A stretch of DNA of 64,000 nt, from positions 10,726,001-10,790,000 of the forward strand of contig OU015568.1 in the NCBI GenBank assembly GCA_907165135.1. The letters run 5' to 3'. The notes under the pieces were generated by a model. That model was not told the DNA's origin and did not search any database. It saw only the letters and a program-made list of their open reading frames with translations. Position 1 is the stretch's first letter. Every line of letters begins with the position of its first letter. Made by a program: the position numbers and the translations under genes. This DNA is from Oikopleura dioica. Taxonomy: Eukaryota > Animalia > Chordata. Below, piece after piece: positions 52,331-64,000 of the stretch.

Positions 52331-53295
52331 TTAATAATCTTCAGATACAGTCATCTTCTTACTGAATGGTTTGAAGGGGAAAAATTCCTGTATTTCGTCT
52401 TTTGGATTGTCCTCTCCAAGATTATGCATCCGCAAATTTAAATAATGTAGAACTTCTTCATATGAAAGAACTTTCTCTTCGACTGGATCGTAGAATCCTG
52501 CGATTTTGCGGACACAGGATTGATGAATCTGTCCGAATTCTCTTGATGTTCTCAGGTTCCGATTTCGATACAGGTTGCTTCCTTTTGTGTAGAATTCCAT
52601 CGTTTCTTTTATTCTTTCATAGAACCACATAAATCCTCAACATTTCTACTTACAAAAATTCCACAGAATCTCGTCTCTACCTAATCTTTGATTCGTATAA
52701 AATGGTCGAAAATCCGTGTCGTCCGTCCCAAGCCACAAATGTTCCTTCCTGATTTCTATCTTGCATCCCTGTATCCTGACAGTATCACCCTCAGTTCCCA
52801 GTACCCTCAACACCGATTTGGGCTCGCGAAAAGAAGACAATAGCATTTTGTTGGGCTCGTAGCGGTGTCGTTTGTTCATCATTTTTTCGACCAAAACTGC
52901 ATCTCCTGCAGCAGGTTGCTCGTCGGATAAGATTGGGAATATGGAAGGACACCTGCTCGTCAGTAAGAACTCGGTGGCTTGAAGAGAGTTGAAAGAGAAC
53001 TTTTGAGAAGACGGCAATACATATAGGTATTGCCAATACCTATATTTTTCGGTGAAATTCCTTCCTCACGCCATAGTTTCCAAAGAACTGGGAGCGCGTT
53101 TATCTGAGGCTGGTGGAGAGCCGCGTACAAGCAAGAAATCCCCAGGGTAAAACCGTATACAAGAAATCGAAACTTATCAAGTCTCTTTTCGGCTTCGCGG
53201 GTAAACTTCCAATCTTTGAGCTTGAACTTCTGATACCTGAGGACTTTTTGGAAGGAAAACTGTTGAGCTGCGTTTCGCGTGATCAAGGAATTCAT
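52331..53295 (-). CDS. IMMP2L-like mitochondrial inner-membrane peptidase (S26) homolog, catalytic Lys absent
   Basis: Presequence plus TM segment; RCPSIFPIL..GDAVLV aligns to EGASMQPSL..SDVVLL; SVLRVLGTEGDTVR aligns to IIKRVIALEGDIVR; HLWLG. The 3' end is uncertain. Confidence 0.65.
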
Positions 53296-53377
53296 TCTGA
53301 AGACAGAATAAATTGGCGGTTTCAATCAGTTCGAAATTGAGGTACAGAAAATCAAGAAGAGCAAAGAACTGAATCAT

Positions 53378-54377
53378 TCACTGAATCGCCAAATCAATAG
53401 CTAGAATAATGCAACTGAAACCGTTTGCGACAACAATTGTGCATAAAATATAAACATATCGTTTGTCCGATGGAAGTTTGCAAATATCATTCACAAAAGA
53501 AGAAATCGTTGTTAAACTGGAGCAAAACCCCGTGAGAACTCCTCCCAAAGTCCACTTCAAGTGATCGAAAGAGTTGACTTCTTCGGTCAGATTCGTGTTT
53601 CGTCTGATAACAACGAAGAGTATTGAATAAATAATGCTCCCGAGAATATTCGCGAGAAATGTTCCAAGAGGATATCCTCGCCAGCCGTTGAACTGCTTTC
53701 CAAAAAAATGCCTGAGAAGCGCTCCGAAAGGACCAAGAAGTGTGGCGAACCAAATAAGACTTGAAAAAATAAGTCGTCAAAAATAAAAAAGTACGCAAGT
53801 TTGGTTACCGTGTTTTCTCAAAAATACCGCACAGGAAAGAAAACAAGACAACGAGCAATCCAAACATTATCCTCGTTGTTATCAAAAACTTCGAAGAAGA
53901 ATCGATCGCTTTTAGCTCGCTCATCTTTTGACCAAGATCTTTGCCACAATTCAAGGCTCCAACGAAACAAAATAATCCGACTATCCACGTTACAATAGAA
54001 GTCCCCTTTTCATACGAACCAAGGGAAGAATCAAAGAACGTTAGAGCTTGTTGATGATTCCATCCTTTCAAGGCTCATTTTTGTTCAGAGTCTGAACTTC
54101 AGACAAACATTTCCCGATAAATAAAGCCTTGCCCTGAAAAAGTAGTGAAACAACCGCAAAAGCCAGTTGTCAATCCCGTTGCTATCAATGATTTCCTCAA
54201 GTTGCCAAAGAAGCCGATGAAAAAACAACCTGCCAAGTTGGAGAAAAACGACGAATAATAAGGATGACCCTGGAATGTTTCAATAGGCAAGGCCAAACGA
54301 TCAAGTCCTATTCTTGCTAAGACCCCGAAAAATCCGAATAACGAGATCGTTACGATTTCTGAAGCCTGCGATGACAT
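53378..54377 (-). CDS. FEX: FEX-type fluoride exporter (two fused CrcB/Fluc domains)
   Basis: GFFGVLARIGL..NLAGCFFIG..GLTTGFCGCFTTFSGW; GPFGALLRHFF..PLGTFLANILGS..GVLTGFCSSLTTISSF. Confidence 0.9.
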
Positions 54378-54583
54378 TTCTAAAAGACAACGGCTCTTGA
54401 ATGGATTCAAATTTCCGATTGTTTAAAATGTGAGTGTGTCGTGATTTATGGCAGTTGGGTCCTGTTTTGAAGCAAAATGGTACAGGGTTGAACTCTTACT
54501 GCCTCTTTTGTTAGGCGCGAGTTTCCTACAGGAAAAAATGTGACAAGGAATAAAGGTGTCTGGTGAACTTATATTTTACATGT

Positions 54584-56524
54584 TTAGAGTCGTTTTCCAA
54601 GGTTTAATTCATCTAGTTTCGATCCGTAAGCAGTGTGGATTTTCCCAAGTGCTGTTCGGCACTCATTTCGTAATTTTCTCAGTTCGACTCTAAAAATGCT
54701 TCAGAAATTGGTATCATTGTCCGGTTTACCGTTGATTATTGTTTCGCACAAGCATGTCGAGATTTTGCCCCATTCTTGCGAAGAGTTTCAGTGCTTTGGG
54801 CAGACATTCAAGAGTAACGCCGGCGCGATCTTCAGATGGAGCGCAAGCTAGAGTGTTTGAAACGGCGATCATCGCCAGTCGAACTGCATTAATATCCGTC
54901 AGTATTGAAACTGTCTTGAAGTCAGGACGCTCTTCAAGCCAGTAACTGATCGGGCGAATTTCAAAGAAAGCACTAAAATAATGTGTTATAACGTCAATTA
55001 GCAAAAGATTGCTTACTTTGCGCAGTTTCTAGCGCAGTCGACGATCTTCTGATTCATGTTGTCCTTGAGAGAATCAGCCCAGAGAGCAAGTCGCTCTGAG
55101 AGTGCTGGCTTTTTCTCTTTTTCGTTTAGGAAATGGGATCTTGGTTGGGTAACTGTCATTGTTGCGGATCGGCCAGGACTTGTCTGGCCTGAAGTCTTTG
55201 ACCACAAGAAACTTCTTCTACAAAACAGTCAACTATCAGTCATCTATCTAGTTTACTTACGAAGGACTGTTGAGTTGAGGAGTAGCAACAGTGGGAGTTG
55301 AAAATACATCATTCTTCAAAGTTCTATTTTGGACAGGAGTTTTCTGTATTTTTGGCTTTGGAATGCTGATATTCTCAATGTTTTTGTTGAACTTATCCAA
55401 TGTTTTGTAGCATTCGCCCCAAACAGCTCTCCACACTTTTGGCTTCCCACCAGGAATCTGAAACCGACTAGTTTTTGGATGGGTAGGGTTGAGCTAACCG
55501 AAAGTTGGAAGAGCTGGCTTCGACGAGGATCGCGATATCGCGTCAGAATTGCAAGATCTTGGTAAGCTGAGAGCTTGTCGATTTCGTTCTTGGAAGAGAG
55601 GAGGCTGATCAAAGAGTCTTCTCCTTCGATGCTTGTGTCGATCTAAGGAGGATTGAAAGGAGGGGCAAGAGGTTATCTATACCTTATAAATTCGAGGATT
55701 TGTGGCAATCAGTTCAGTGAGAGAGAGGCAAACTCTGAGCATGCTTTGCGTGAGGAAAAACATCAGTCCAATCTTGAGATGAATTCGAACTCCAACAAGT
55801 GGCCAAAGCTGAAAAACCATCAAGAACATATTCGAGCAAGTAAAAGATTCTTACAGAGATTCCAAATAAGTAGGAAAAAATTGTCCACATCGGGAAGAAG
55901 GCTTTAAAAGCGTAGAATGCCGCCTCTGCTGATTCTTTCAAAGTTGGGACGAAAGAGATTTTGAATTTTTGCAGACGAGTGGTTCTGTGCGCGGAGAATT
56001 TGAGCATTGATCGGTCTTCTTTTACCAACTCGAAGTAAAAGTAGATACCGGAGAAGAGCCCAGAAAAGATCAAATATAACTAGGAATAATTTTTCCGTCT
56101 CTAAGTGAAAAAAATACCTTGACTGGTGTTTCTTGGATGTCAAATTCCAATACTGGATTCAGAATTGGTAAAAGATAGTGAAGGAGCATCCCCGCAACAC
56201 AAAATGTGAGCAATTGTAGAGGATGGGCAGTAAACAATGTCAAAATTGCAAGTCGAGTTCGACTGAAAAGTGGTTAGGAAAGTGTGGTATTTAAGCTTGT
56301 TTTTTTTACCAGGGATTTGAGCGGCCACGGAGAAGAGGAACGAGAATAAAAATTGAGAGCGCGAGTGGAAGTGCGCAAACAAGCGATTTCACCCAAACGA
56401 CGATGGAGAACAACTTGCCAAGCGTGAAGGTCTGTATGACATTAAGGACAACAAGGGAGGCGGAGGACACTAGAAGGACGATCAACGCGCAGGCTAGCGA
56501 TAGCCCCGAGTCGACGTCTCCCAT
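54584..56524 (-). CDS. NDC1: Transmembrane nucleoporin NDC1
   Basis: Multi-TM N-terminus; AYQDLAILTRYRDPRRSQLFQLS aligns to [53 protein letters not shown]. Confidence 0.82.
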
Positions 56525-56647
56525 TTTTCTTCTGAAAACGTGACATGAAACAAAAATGAATAAAAAAGGTTTATCAGTTGTATTTGAAAGCAACGCATCA
56601 ACTCAAAAAAGCAGGGAACTAAAATTCGAAACTCCGATAGGCTTGTT

Positions 56648-58046
56648 TTACGAAATGAAGATTTTCTCATTGAACTTGTGATCAAGTGGCAGAGAGGAAA
56701 TTGACTCGATCATTGGAGTCACTAGAGCAGCGTGTTTGAATGCTTCTTGATAGAGGGGTGTATCTTCTAGCGGAACACTTTCCCAAGGTCCGTTTGATAA
56801 GATTGTACTTTCGCCGCTCTCTACGGCGTCTTGAGTTTTGAGGTTGAGCTCTTCCAGGAGATAGACTGGGTGCCAGTGCGCCACCTATTTATTAATTTAT
56901 CGGTCTTGGCTTGAAGCTTACTTTTCGAGCAGAAATCACATCAGATTTGGAACTATCGCCAAAGTAGCATACTTCGAGTTGCTTATGATCTGGCCAATTC
57001 AACTGGCTTTTGAGGAAATTCATCAGCACCTTGTGATTTCCTTGCGAAAACCATCGATCTGTCGTCAGTCTAGCAGCAGGAATATCCGCGTAGTCCTGCT
57101 TTAAAGTGTAGAACTCCGAATCCATCGTGAAGAAATAAGGTTTTCTCGCATCTGCCAAGCACAAGTCGAAATACTTCCAGTAGTCCTCCGGCTCACCAGT
57201 CTTCTCGTCCACAAAGATCTTAGAGAGGATATATTTGGCAAAATCGGCATTGGAAGAGGTCATCAGGAAAACGAATTTCTTTTTTCTTCGCATTTCAAGA
57301 AGCCAGTTTTTGGTTTCCTTGGAACATGGGCGGATGAAATAATCAGGCTCGTTCTTGAGCCGAGGGAAGAAGAAGCCACGATCGACTTGAAACGCGTATG
57401 GTTCGTAACTGTACTCGAACGAGTTGAAGATGTCATCTTTGATCGTTTCTGGAGTGAACTGAAAAACATGTTTTATTGAATCCTACGACCGGAGATAGAC
57501 ACTTTTTCAACGCCCAGTTTTGACACCTTATAAAGCAGGCGATAATGAACTTGGACGCACCTCGATGAGCTTTTCCCGCTTTAATTTCGCGATTCTTTTT
57601 ATCACCAGCGGAAGACCCAGTTCAAAGACATTTTCAATGTGATGCTGTTTTCCTCTGATCGACGCGCCGTTCTGCAAATATTGTTCGTAGCCTGTCCATT
57701 TTTTCGCGCTTTTATCGAACTCGCCTGTTTCCGGATTCCACGAAATCTTCACTTCTCCGTCTTTGCCTACTTTATCGATGGACATGTCTTCGAAGTTAAC
57801 AACGAGTCCCTTGCCAAGAAAGAGCTTGTCTTCTTCACTCATCGGTTCTGCCAATTGAGATGGATAGTTTCGTTCTTGGACCAGGTATTTTACCACTGTT
57901 TCGAAGGTCACTTCCGCCATCGCCACAGTACGGTACCTGAAGGACAAGGAATAATAAAATGATAAAGAGAGGGTTTGTTACCGGGCGAGGGTCATGTCCA
58001 TATCGAAACCAATCACAGGATAATCGTTCAGACAAAACTCACCCAT
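56648..58046 (-). CDS. NT5DC1: 5'-nucleotidase domain-containing protein (HAD family)
   Basis: FCLNDYPVIGFDMDMTLARY; KGLVVNFED; FLMTSSNADF; FDLCLADARKPYFF; CYFGDSSKSDV. Confidence 0.88.
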
Positions 58047-58199
58047 TTCTGAAGACTATAATTTTGAGAAAAGAAATATAATTATCGAATGCCCAGAAAC
58101 TTTGATAAGTAAGCAAAATCATCGAAATGATATTAAGGTGCCCTACTTCGACTTAATTCCCTTAGATACCGAGAATACCCCAAATAAAAGATCTCATCC

Positions 58200-58400
58200 C
58201 TTCTCGTTTTAGTTTCTCTGCGGGCATTTCCCGCCCTTGAATAGAAAAAATGGGACGGGCCAATCAGCGCGGTCATCCAACGATCGAACGCACTTTAAAC
58301 AGCACTTTACTACAGAAAGCGATTTTCCGCTAGGCCCGATTCGAATCCCATCTGTCACTAGAACCGCCAGAATTCTGCTTTTCGGTTTAAAATTTTTAAC
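58200..58400. promoter_or_regulatory. Putative bidirectional promoter (NT5DC1 / SAE1)
   Basis: Divergent starts. TTTCCCGCC (E2F-like) at about 58228 and CCAATCAG at 58260-58267. Confidence 0.55.
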
Positions 58401-58433
58401 TTTGATTTTTTAGAGATTTGAAAAGAAGGCACG

Positions 58434-59822
58434 ATGACCGCTGAAAATAGAGAAGAACAGGAAGTTTCGGAGCAAGAAGTCACTCAATATGACCGACAGG
58501 TATGAAAAAAATAGAAGCTGTTATCGAAAAACCGATAAATTCAAGAAAATCGATGTAAAATCGTTTTTTAGATCCGCCTTTGGGGCTTAGATGGTCAGAA
58601 ACGACTTCGAAACTCAAAAATTTGCGTTATTGGGCTGAGCTCTCTCGGCTCTGAAATCGTCAAGAATCTCACTCTTGCCGGTGTTGGCGAAATGGTGCTG
58701 ATGGATGATCGAAAAGTGGACGAAAAGGTTTGTTTTCATGCAATTAATCGTTATCTATCTACCTTTTTCAGACTCTTCTCATGACAAGGGACGGTGGAAA
58801 CTTCTTCCGTGCAAATTTGTGGAAACATGAATTTCACAAACGAAAATCTTCTTTTTCCTAGCAACTTCATTTCACTTTCTTGGGTACTCTAGTTCTCTTT
58901 TCATTGAAAAAATTGGAGTTTGCACGCGCCTCTGAGAATGTTGAGAAATCTTGACATTTGACATTCAAAGCTCGGATTAGCCTTTTCAAAGAGCTTATTT
59001 TCTTCTTTTCCATCGTCTTAAAGTGGCACAGCTTTCGAAAACCGCGCTTCTGCCAGCCTCGATCGAGTCCAAGAACTCAACCCAAACGTCAAAGTCTTCA
59101 TTGCTCCTGGATTTACGTCCGATAAAGTACAACCCATGCAAAACTGAACACTGTAACACGAGTTTCTAGAACCTCGATTTCTTCAAAAACTTTTCCTTGG
59201 TTGTTATTGCCGTCATTCTACCGAAAGATGAGCTTTTGCGAATTACAGGCATCCTCAGGGAAGGAGGAATTAAACACATTGTTGGAGCTACTTTTGGAAT
59301 GTATGGATTTGGATTCAATGACTTTTTGGAGCACGAGTACTCGCTGTAAGTCACTCTTTATCGAATATTTCTATCGAAGAATTCAGCACGAAAAATGAAA
59401 AAACAGAGCTTCGAAAGATCTCATTCAAGCCTCTTTCGGAAGCCATCAATTATTCTGAGAATGAAGTCACCTTCCCAAAGCGATACAAGAAAAACAAAGT
59501 CAGAGTTGCATTAAACTTATATGAAGGTGACTACTCGAAACTAATGACTCATTACTCATGCTCTTTTCTAGCGTATATAAGTGAGGATTTCAAGGCAAAG
59601 TTCGCAGAGTTTGAGAGCTTGAAAGGAATCGAAGACTGGGGTGAGGAATTCGAAGGCGACATTCCGCCGATTGGCGCCATTGTCGGCGGACTCATGGGCC
59701 AAGAAGCCATCAAAGCGATCGGACAGAAAGAAAGACCCATTTACAACACACTTCTCTTTGACGGAGACCGGATGGACGCGAAAGAGCTGCTCCTACCCAG
59801 GGGTGATCCTAAGGAAATCTAG
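58434..59822 (+). CDS. SAE1: SUMO-activating enzyme subunit 1 (Aos1)
   Basis: QYDRQIRLWGLDGQKRLRNSKICVIGLSSLGSEIVKNLTLAG; NRASASLDRVQELNPNV; TFGMYGFGFNDF; PPIGAIVGGLMGQEAIKAI..PIYNTLLFDG. Confidence 0.92.
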
Positions 59823-60025
59823 AAATATTTTGTTCACAATCATCCCTCTTTGCTCAACAACTGCTGAAGTTACATGTATCCAGAGAGAGCTTTAGTCAAA
59901 TTCAATGTTCTACTAATTGTTCTTTTCGCATTACTCTCACTGCCTGTTTGCGAATGCCTGTAATAATAAGTTCTTTCCCGATCAAACTTTTAGATCTTAG
60001 CATCTACGAATTTCAGAAATGTAAG

Positions 60026-62960
60026 ATGGCCCCCTCGTACGAGCCGCAAATTCTGGAAGAACAAGATGATGACTTCGACCCAAAGACGGAAGACATCCAC
60101 CAATACTGTAAAATCATCGGACTCGATCCATCGTCAGATCCAGATCTTGTGTGGATAGCGAAAGAAGGCATAATGGCGAAATTGCCACCTGATTGGAAAG
60201 CTGTGAATCAGGAGGGATACGGGCTCTATTATTTCAACTTTAAAACTGGGCAATCGATCTGGGAGCACCCAAATGATGAATATTACAGAGGCAAAGTTCG
60301 ACAAGAGAAGTCCAAGAAAAAAGGCGGTGTTCGCTCGTCTTTTGAGGTATAATTTTTTCATCGGACATATTTTTAAATAGATCAGAAACTACCAATACCA
60401 ATTATTAAACCGACCGCAAGCAAATCGCCTCTCATTAAAGTTCAAAGCCGACGAGCAATGTCTCCTCCTCCGGGAATGGAAAATCATTTGCCCACTCCAC
60501 CAAGACTTCCAAAGAGCAGGTTAAATGCAGCACGAGCATTTATCCTTCATTTATCGGTCCATTTACGTCTCCAGTACACACGATCTTTATCAGCATTTTA
60601 GTGAGTTCACTTCCCCAAGATACGAAGCTCTGATTCAAAAAACGGAGTCGTTGGATAGCTCGAAATCAAAATCAGAATCAAGCAATACACCCAGAAAGCG
60701 TTCGTATAGCATTGATAAAAAGCCGCAAAAGTCAAAGTCTGAAGATTCATTGCCTGCCTCGCTTGAGCAAGTTGACAGCATTACACACAGCTACTCGGAT
60801 TTTACCGAGGATTATCAAGTAAAGACGCAGGAGAAAGATGAAATAAGCGCTGATGTAATGGAAAATATTCAGTCTGACAATGGCTCAAAGCTCAATCCAC
60901 TGAAAACGTCGATATCAATGTCATCAATCGACGATGTTGACGATTTGATGCGAAGCTCTAACGAGTCTTTTGGGCGGCTTGGTTATAAAAAACCAGTTCT
61001 CGGGGCTGAATCAAAGGTAAAACGGTATTTATTTTATCATTTTTAACTTCCTCTAGGATGACTCTGACTACAGCGATGAAAGCAGCGACAACAGCGAATC
61101 AGCTGGCAACAACATCCAAATGGATATTGGCGATTTGACCCCAGCAAAGGAATCAGTGAAGACACCGCCTGGAGATCACTTTGATATTGATGTCTCCCTA
61201 ACAGAGTCATCTGATGTAAAAACTCCGTCAAAGTCGCACTCACAGAGTATTTCGAAGTCCTCCTCTCTGGCAGGCAATCGATTCTTGAAGAAATTGCCGG
61301 TGAAGTCAGACCAGAACTCTGCGAGTGAGTCGACCAACGGAGTGTCTGCTTCGAAGCAATCATACACTTCGGTTAGTTCAAGCGTCAAAAAAGCGCCCTC
61401 ACTGACTCCACAATCGACCCGGCCAAAATCGTCTCGAGCTACTGAAATACCCTCTATCTCCGTTCAAATCGAGAAGAAACGAAAGGAAGAAGAAGCAAAA
61501 ATCGAGCAAGAGCTTCGCGAAATCCAATTGAAGCTGCAAGAACAACGGCAAGAAAAGTACAATCAGCTTATGGAAGAGCACGACAAGGAGATTATGCGGA
61601 TTCAAGATAGCATTCAAGAACTTACTGAGAATCAAAAGCAAGAGTCTTTTGGCGAATTAGAGAGCTTGAAGAAAAAGTTTGTCGATGACAAAGAAAAGAT
61701 TCTGAAGGAAGAGACTGAGCGCCACGAACGGGAAATGTCAGAAAACTTGGAGAAGATAAGATCGGACTTTGCTCAGGAAAAATTGCGTGCGACTGAAAAC
61801 GAGGAAAAGAGAATTCGCGCTGAACGTTTGAGAATGGAAGATAGTGCTGACAAAAGGTTCAAAGTGAAGACGGCCGAAATTACTGCTGAAATTGAAGCCA
61901 ACGAAGCGGAACGAATTCGCCTATTACAAACACAATTAACGAAGCAGAAATACGAAACGCAAAAGCTTCAAGAGCAAGATAAAGACCTCTTCGAGAAACT
62001 GAGAAAATCAAGGCATGAAATTGAGGAACAGCACAAAGCGGAGCTCTTGGAAATGCAAGAAAATCATGAAAAACAGAAGCGCCAAATATTGAAGTCGCAA
62101 GAAAATGAAATCAAACGACTTGAAAGCAATCATCTTGATCACGTTTCAGCTTTGCACAAGTCTTTTGAGGATCGACTAGAAGCGGTAAAAATAACAATTT
62201 ATTCTTTATAATTCTTATTTGATTTCAGACAAAAACAAACTTGGAAGACAAGCGCAGAGAATTTGACCGACGAGTAGAAAAATGGGAGGCCGACCACAGC
62301 ACCCGAACAATGGCTTGGGCGTCGAGAAATTTAGAAAGAAAAAATGAGCATGAGCGGCAGACTCTTCAGGTTTCTATTAATCGACAGCCGGAAGTCTCGG
62401 ACATGCCTCAGAACACGATGAATACTTCCAAAGAAAGCCACGGCTCAGGTACCTATTGAAATCATCGATGATCAATCATCTAACTAATTATAAGATCAAC
62501 CATTGACAACAAAGGAGCTTGACGAAACAGCAAAAAGTCAAACTGGCCAGAAGAGCAGAATGCCCGAGCAGGATGAATCGAGCGACCGACCGGCGTCTTT
62601 GAGACTTCAAGAATATCTTAAATCGCTCGAAGAAAAGATAAACTCGTTCCAAGCACTAAGTAGATCTTCCGAGCCTGATTTTACATCAACGAGAAAGCCA
62701 AAAGCCCCTGAGAGTAGGTTCTATTCTTCAAATGATGTCTACAGCTCTGAGGTAAGACAACATTGAACAACCAGCGCTCACGAGTATTTCTAGCGCTGGC
62801 GATCGTATTTTGGTGAAGACTACAAATACATTCCTGCTAAGAGTATCCTCAACGACAGAATTATGAACGACTACAAGTATGTTAACTGCCCTCTTCTTTA
62901 TCTTAAGCCTTTTTCAGAACGAAAAATCTCCGACGACATCCATTTTCTACCTCCCATTGA
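60026..62960 (+). CDS. CEP164: Centrosomal protein 164
   Basis: ILEEQDDDFDPKTEDI..IIGLDPSSDPDLVWIAKEGIMAKLPPDWK..YYFNFKTGQSIWEHPNDEYYR (TTBK2-binding WW region), then a Ser-rich linker and coiled coil. The 3' end is approximate. Confidence 0.88.
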
Positions 62961-63158
62961 TTCAACCAAGCTCCTCTTTCAAGCTCCTAACGACTCCCTC
63001 AATTTATTCGCTCTTCCGAATCAAATTCCGATGCTGTACAAAAATATTTTCTTTTATACTTCTGTAATTAATTCTTTCTTTTTCTTATTTTATTAAAAAG
63101 TTTTATTTTTCAACTCGTGGTATCAACATAATTCCTTGTAGAGAGTAACACTCGTTAA

Positions 63159-64000
63159 ATGAACATGTGGAGAAAATTTTTGTTGCTTTCGATATCGGCG
63201 CTCGCTTTCGTTGCAGGCCAGGAAGTAGTCGATTCTGAAAGTAGTGAAGCCTCTGATAGTAGCTTGTCAGACGACTTGAAGCTGAAGATTGGAGAAGTCC
63301 CAGAGTAAGCCGATTCTCTCTGACCCTTTTTTATTCTCATTTAGACTCGGCTTCAACCATGGTTTCCTCTCCTCCCTCTCAGTCATTCTCGTTTCCGAAA
63401 TCGGCGACAAAACATTCTTCATCGCGGCTATTATGGCGATGAAGTACAGTAGGCTTACAATCTTCTCGGGTGCCATTCTCGCTCTTGCAACGATGACAGT
63501 CATGTCTGTTTTCATGGGCGCACTTACGACGATCATTCCAAGATACATTACTTTTTACGTCTCTACTGGACTATTCGGTATGCAAGCTATCTATTTTTGA
63601 TTTTAACCTGCATTTCAAGCTATTTTCGGGCTGAAAATGCTCAAAGAAGGCATCGATATGAAGCCTGACGCGGGACTTGAGGAAATGGAAGAAGTCCAGC
63701 AAGAGTTGAAAGAAAAAGACGAGGAGCGAGAGCGAAAATCCGGCGATATTGAGTCCCAAGGCCCTGTTCGAGCTTCTACGAAGCTTAGAAATTGCTTTTC
63801 TGCGGTTTTTCTTCAAGGTAATTTTTCATGAAAGCTCTTGAGCAACATGTTTTAGCGTTCACAATGACCTTTCTTGCCGAGTGGGGCGATCGAAGTCAAT
63901 TGACAACGATTATCCTTGGCGCTCGCGAAGACATCCTCGGCGTGATCGTCGGCGGCATCCTCGGCCATTCAATTTGCACTGGAATGGCAGTTGTTGGAGG
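63159..64000 (+). CDS. TMEM165: TMEM165/GDT1 Ca2+/Mn2+ antiporter, 3'-partial
   Basis: Signal peptide; SVILVSEIGDKTFFIAAIMAM; FLAEWGDRSQLTTIILG. Confidence 0.95.

Larger units (their letters stand above)
52331..58046 (-). other. Putative operon NT5DC1 - NDC1 - FEX - IMMP2L-like
   Basis: Spacers of about 125, 205 and 85 bp; acceptors CTTTTAG/AAATG and TCTTCAG/AATG; a single CCAAT promoter at the head. Confidence 0.5.
58434..64000 (+). other. Putative operon SAE1 - CEP164 - TMEM165
   Basis: Spacers of about 200 bp, with acceptor-like TTTCAG and TTGTAG before the ATGs. Confidence 0.45.

Noticed and set aside
53378-54377. Bacterial contamination or recent HGT of crcB
   Set aside because: The gene has spliceosomal introns, the eukaryotic fused-domain form, and host-like composition.

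Overview
Compact, gene-dense animal genomic DNA. It has 35-70 nt introns, several non-canonical GA/GC/GG-AG introns, about 80-260 bp spacers between co-oriented genes, and 3' splice acceptors just before many ATGs. This pattern fits the larvacean tunicate Oikopleura (inferred from sequence style, not proven). About 33 protein-coding genes can be reconstructed by hand, including CEP57-like, NKIRAS, NEDD4, DMAP1, PLK1, PSAP, CCDC77, TMUB, COPZ1, SIRT5, B4GALT, NOC2L with nested TMEM256, RPL21, FEX, NDC1, NT5DC1, SAE1, CEP164 and TMEM165. The most striking element is a 535 bp non-autonomous LTR retrotransposon (TRIM) at 21743-22277. It has two apparently identical 166 bp TG...CA LTRs that each contain a tRNA-like Pol III unit, a tRNA-Leu-type primer-binding site and a 4 bp AGCG target-site duplication. 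It sits inside the ubiquitin-like-domain exon of TMUB and truncates that gene. Other highlights: a BTB plus HMG-box protein next to about 6 kb of non-coding DNA rich in TAATCC sites; a prosaposin with an inserted Kunitz domain; TMEM256 nested in a NOC2L intron bounded by inverted repeats; an IMMP2L-like protein lacking the catalytic Lys; a divergent VDAC-like porin; and a 68 aa MRNIP-like protein. All gene names come from remembered motif similarity. No searches were run, and exon boundaries were derived manually.
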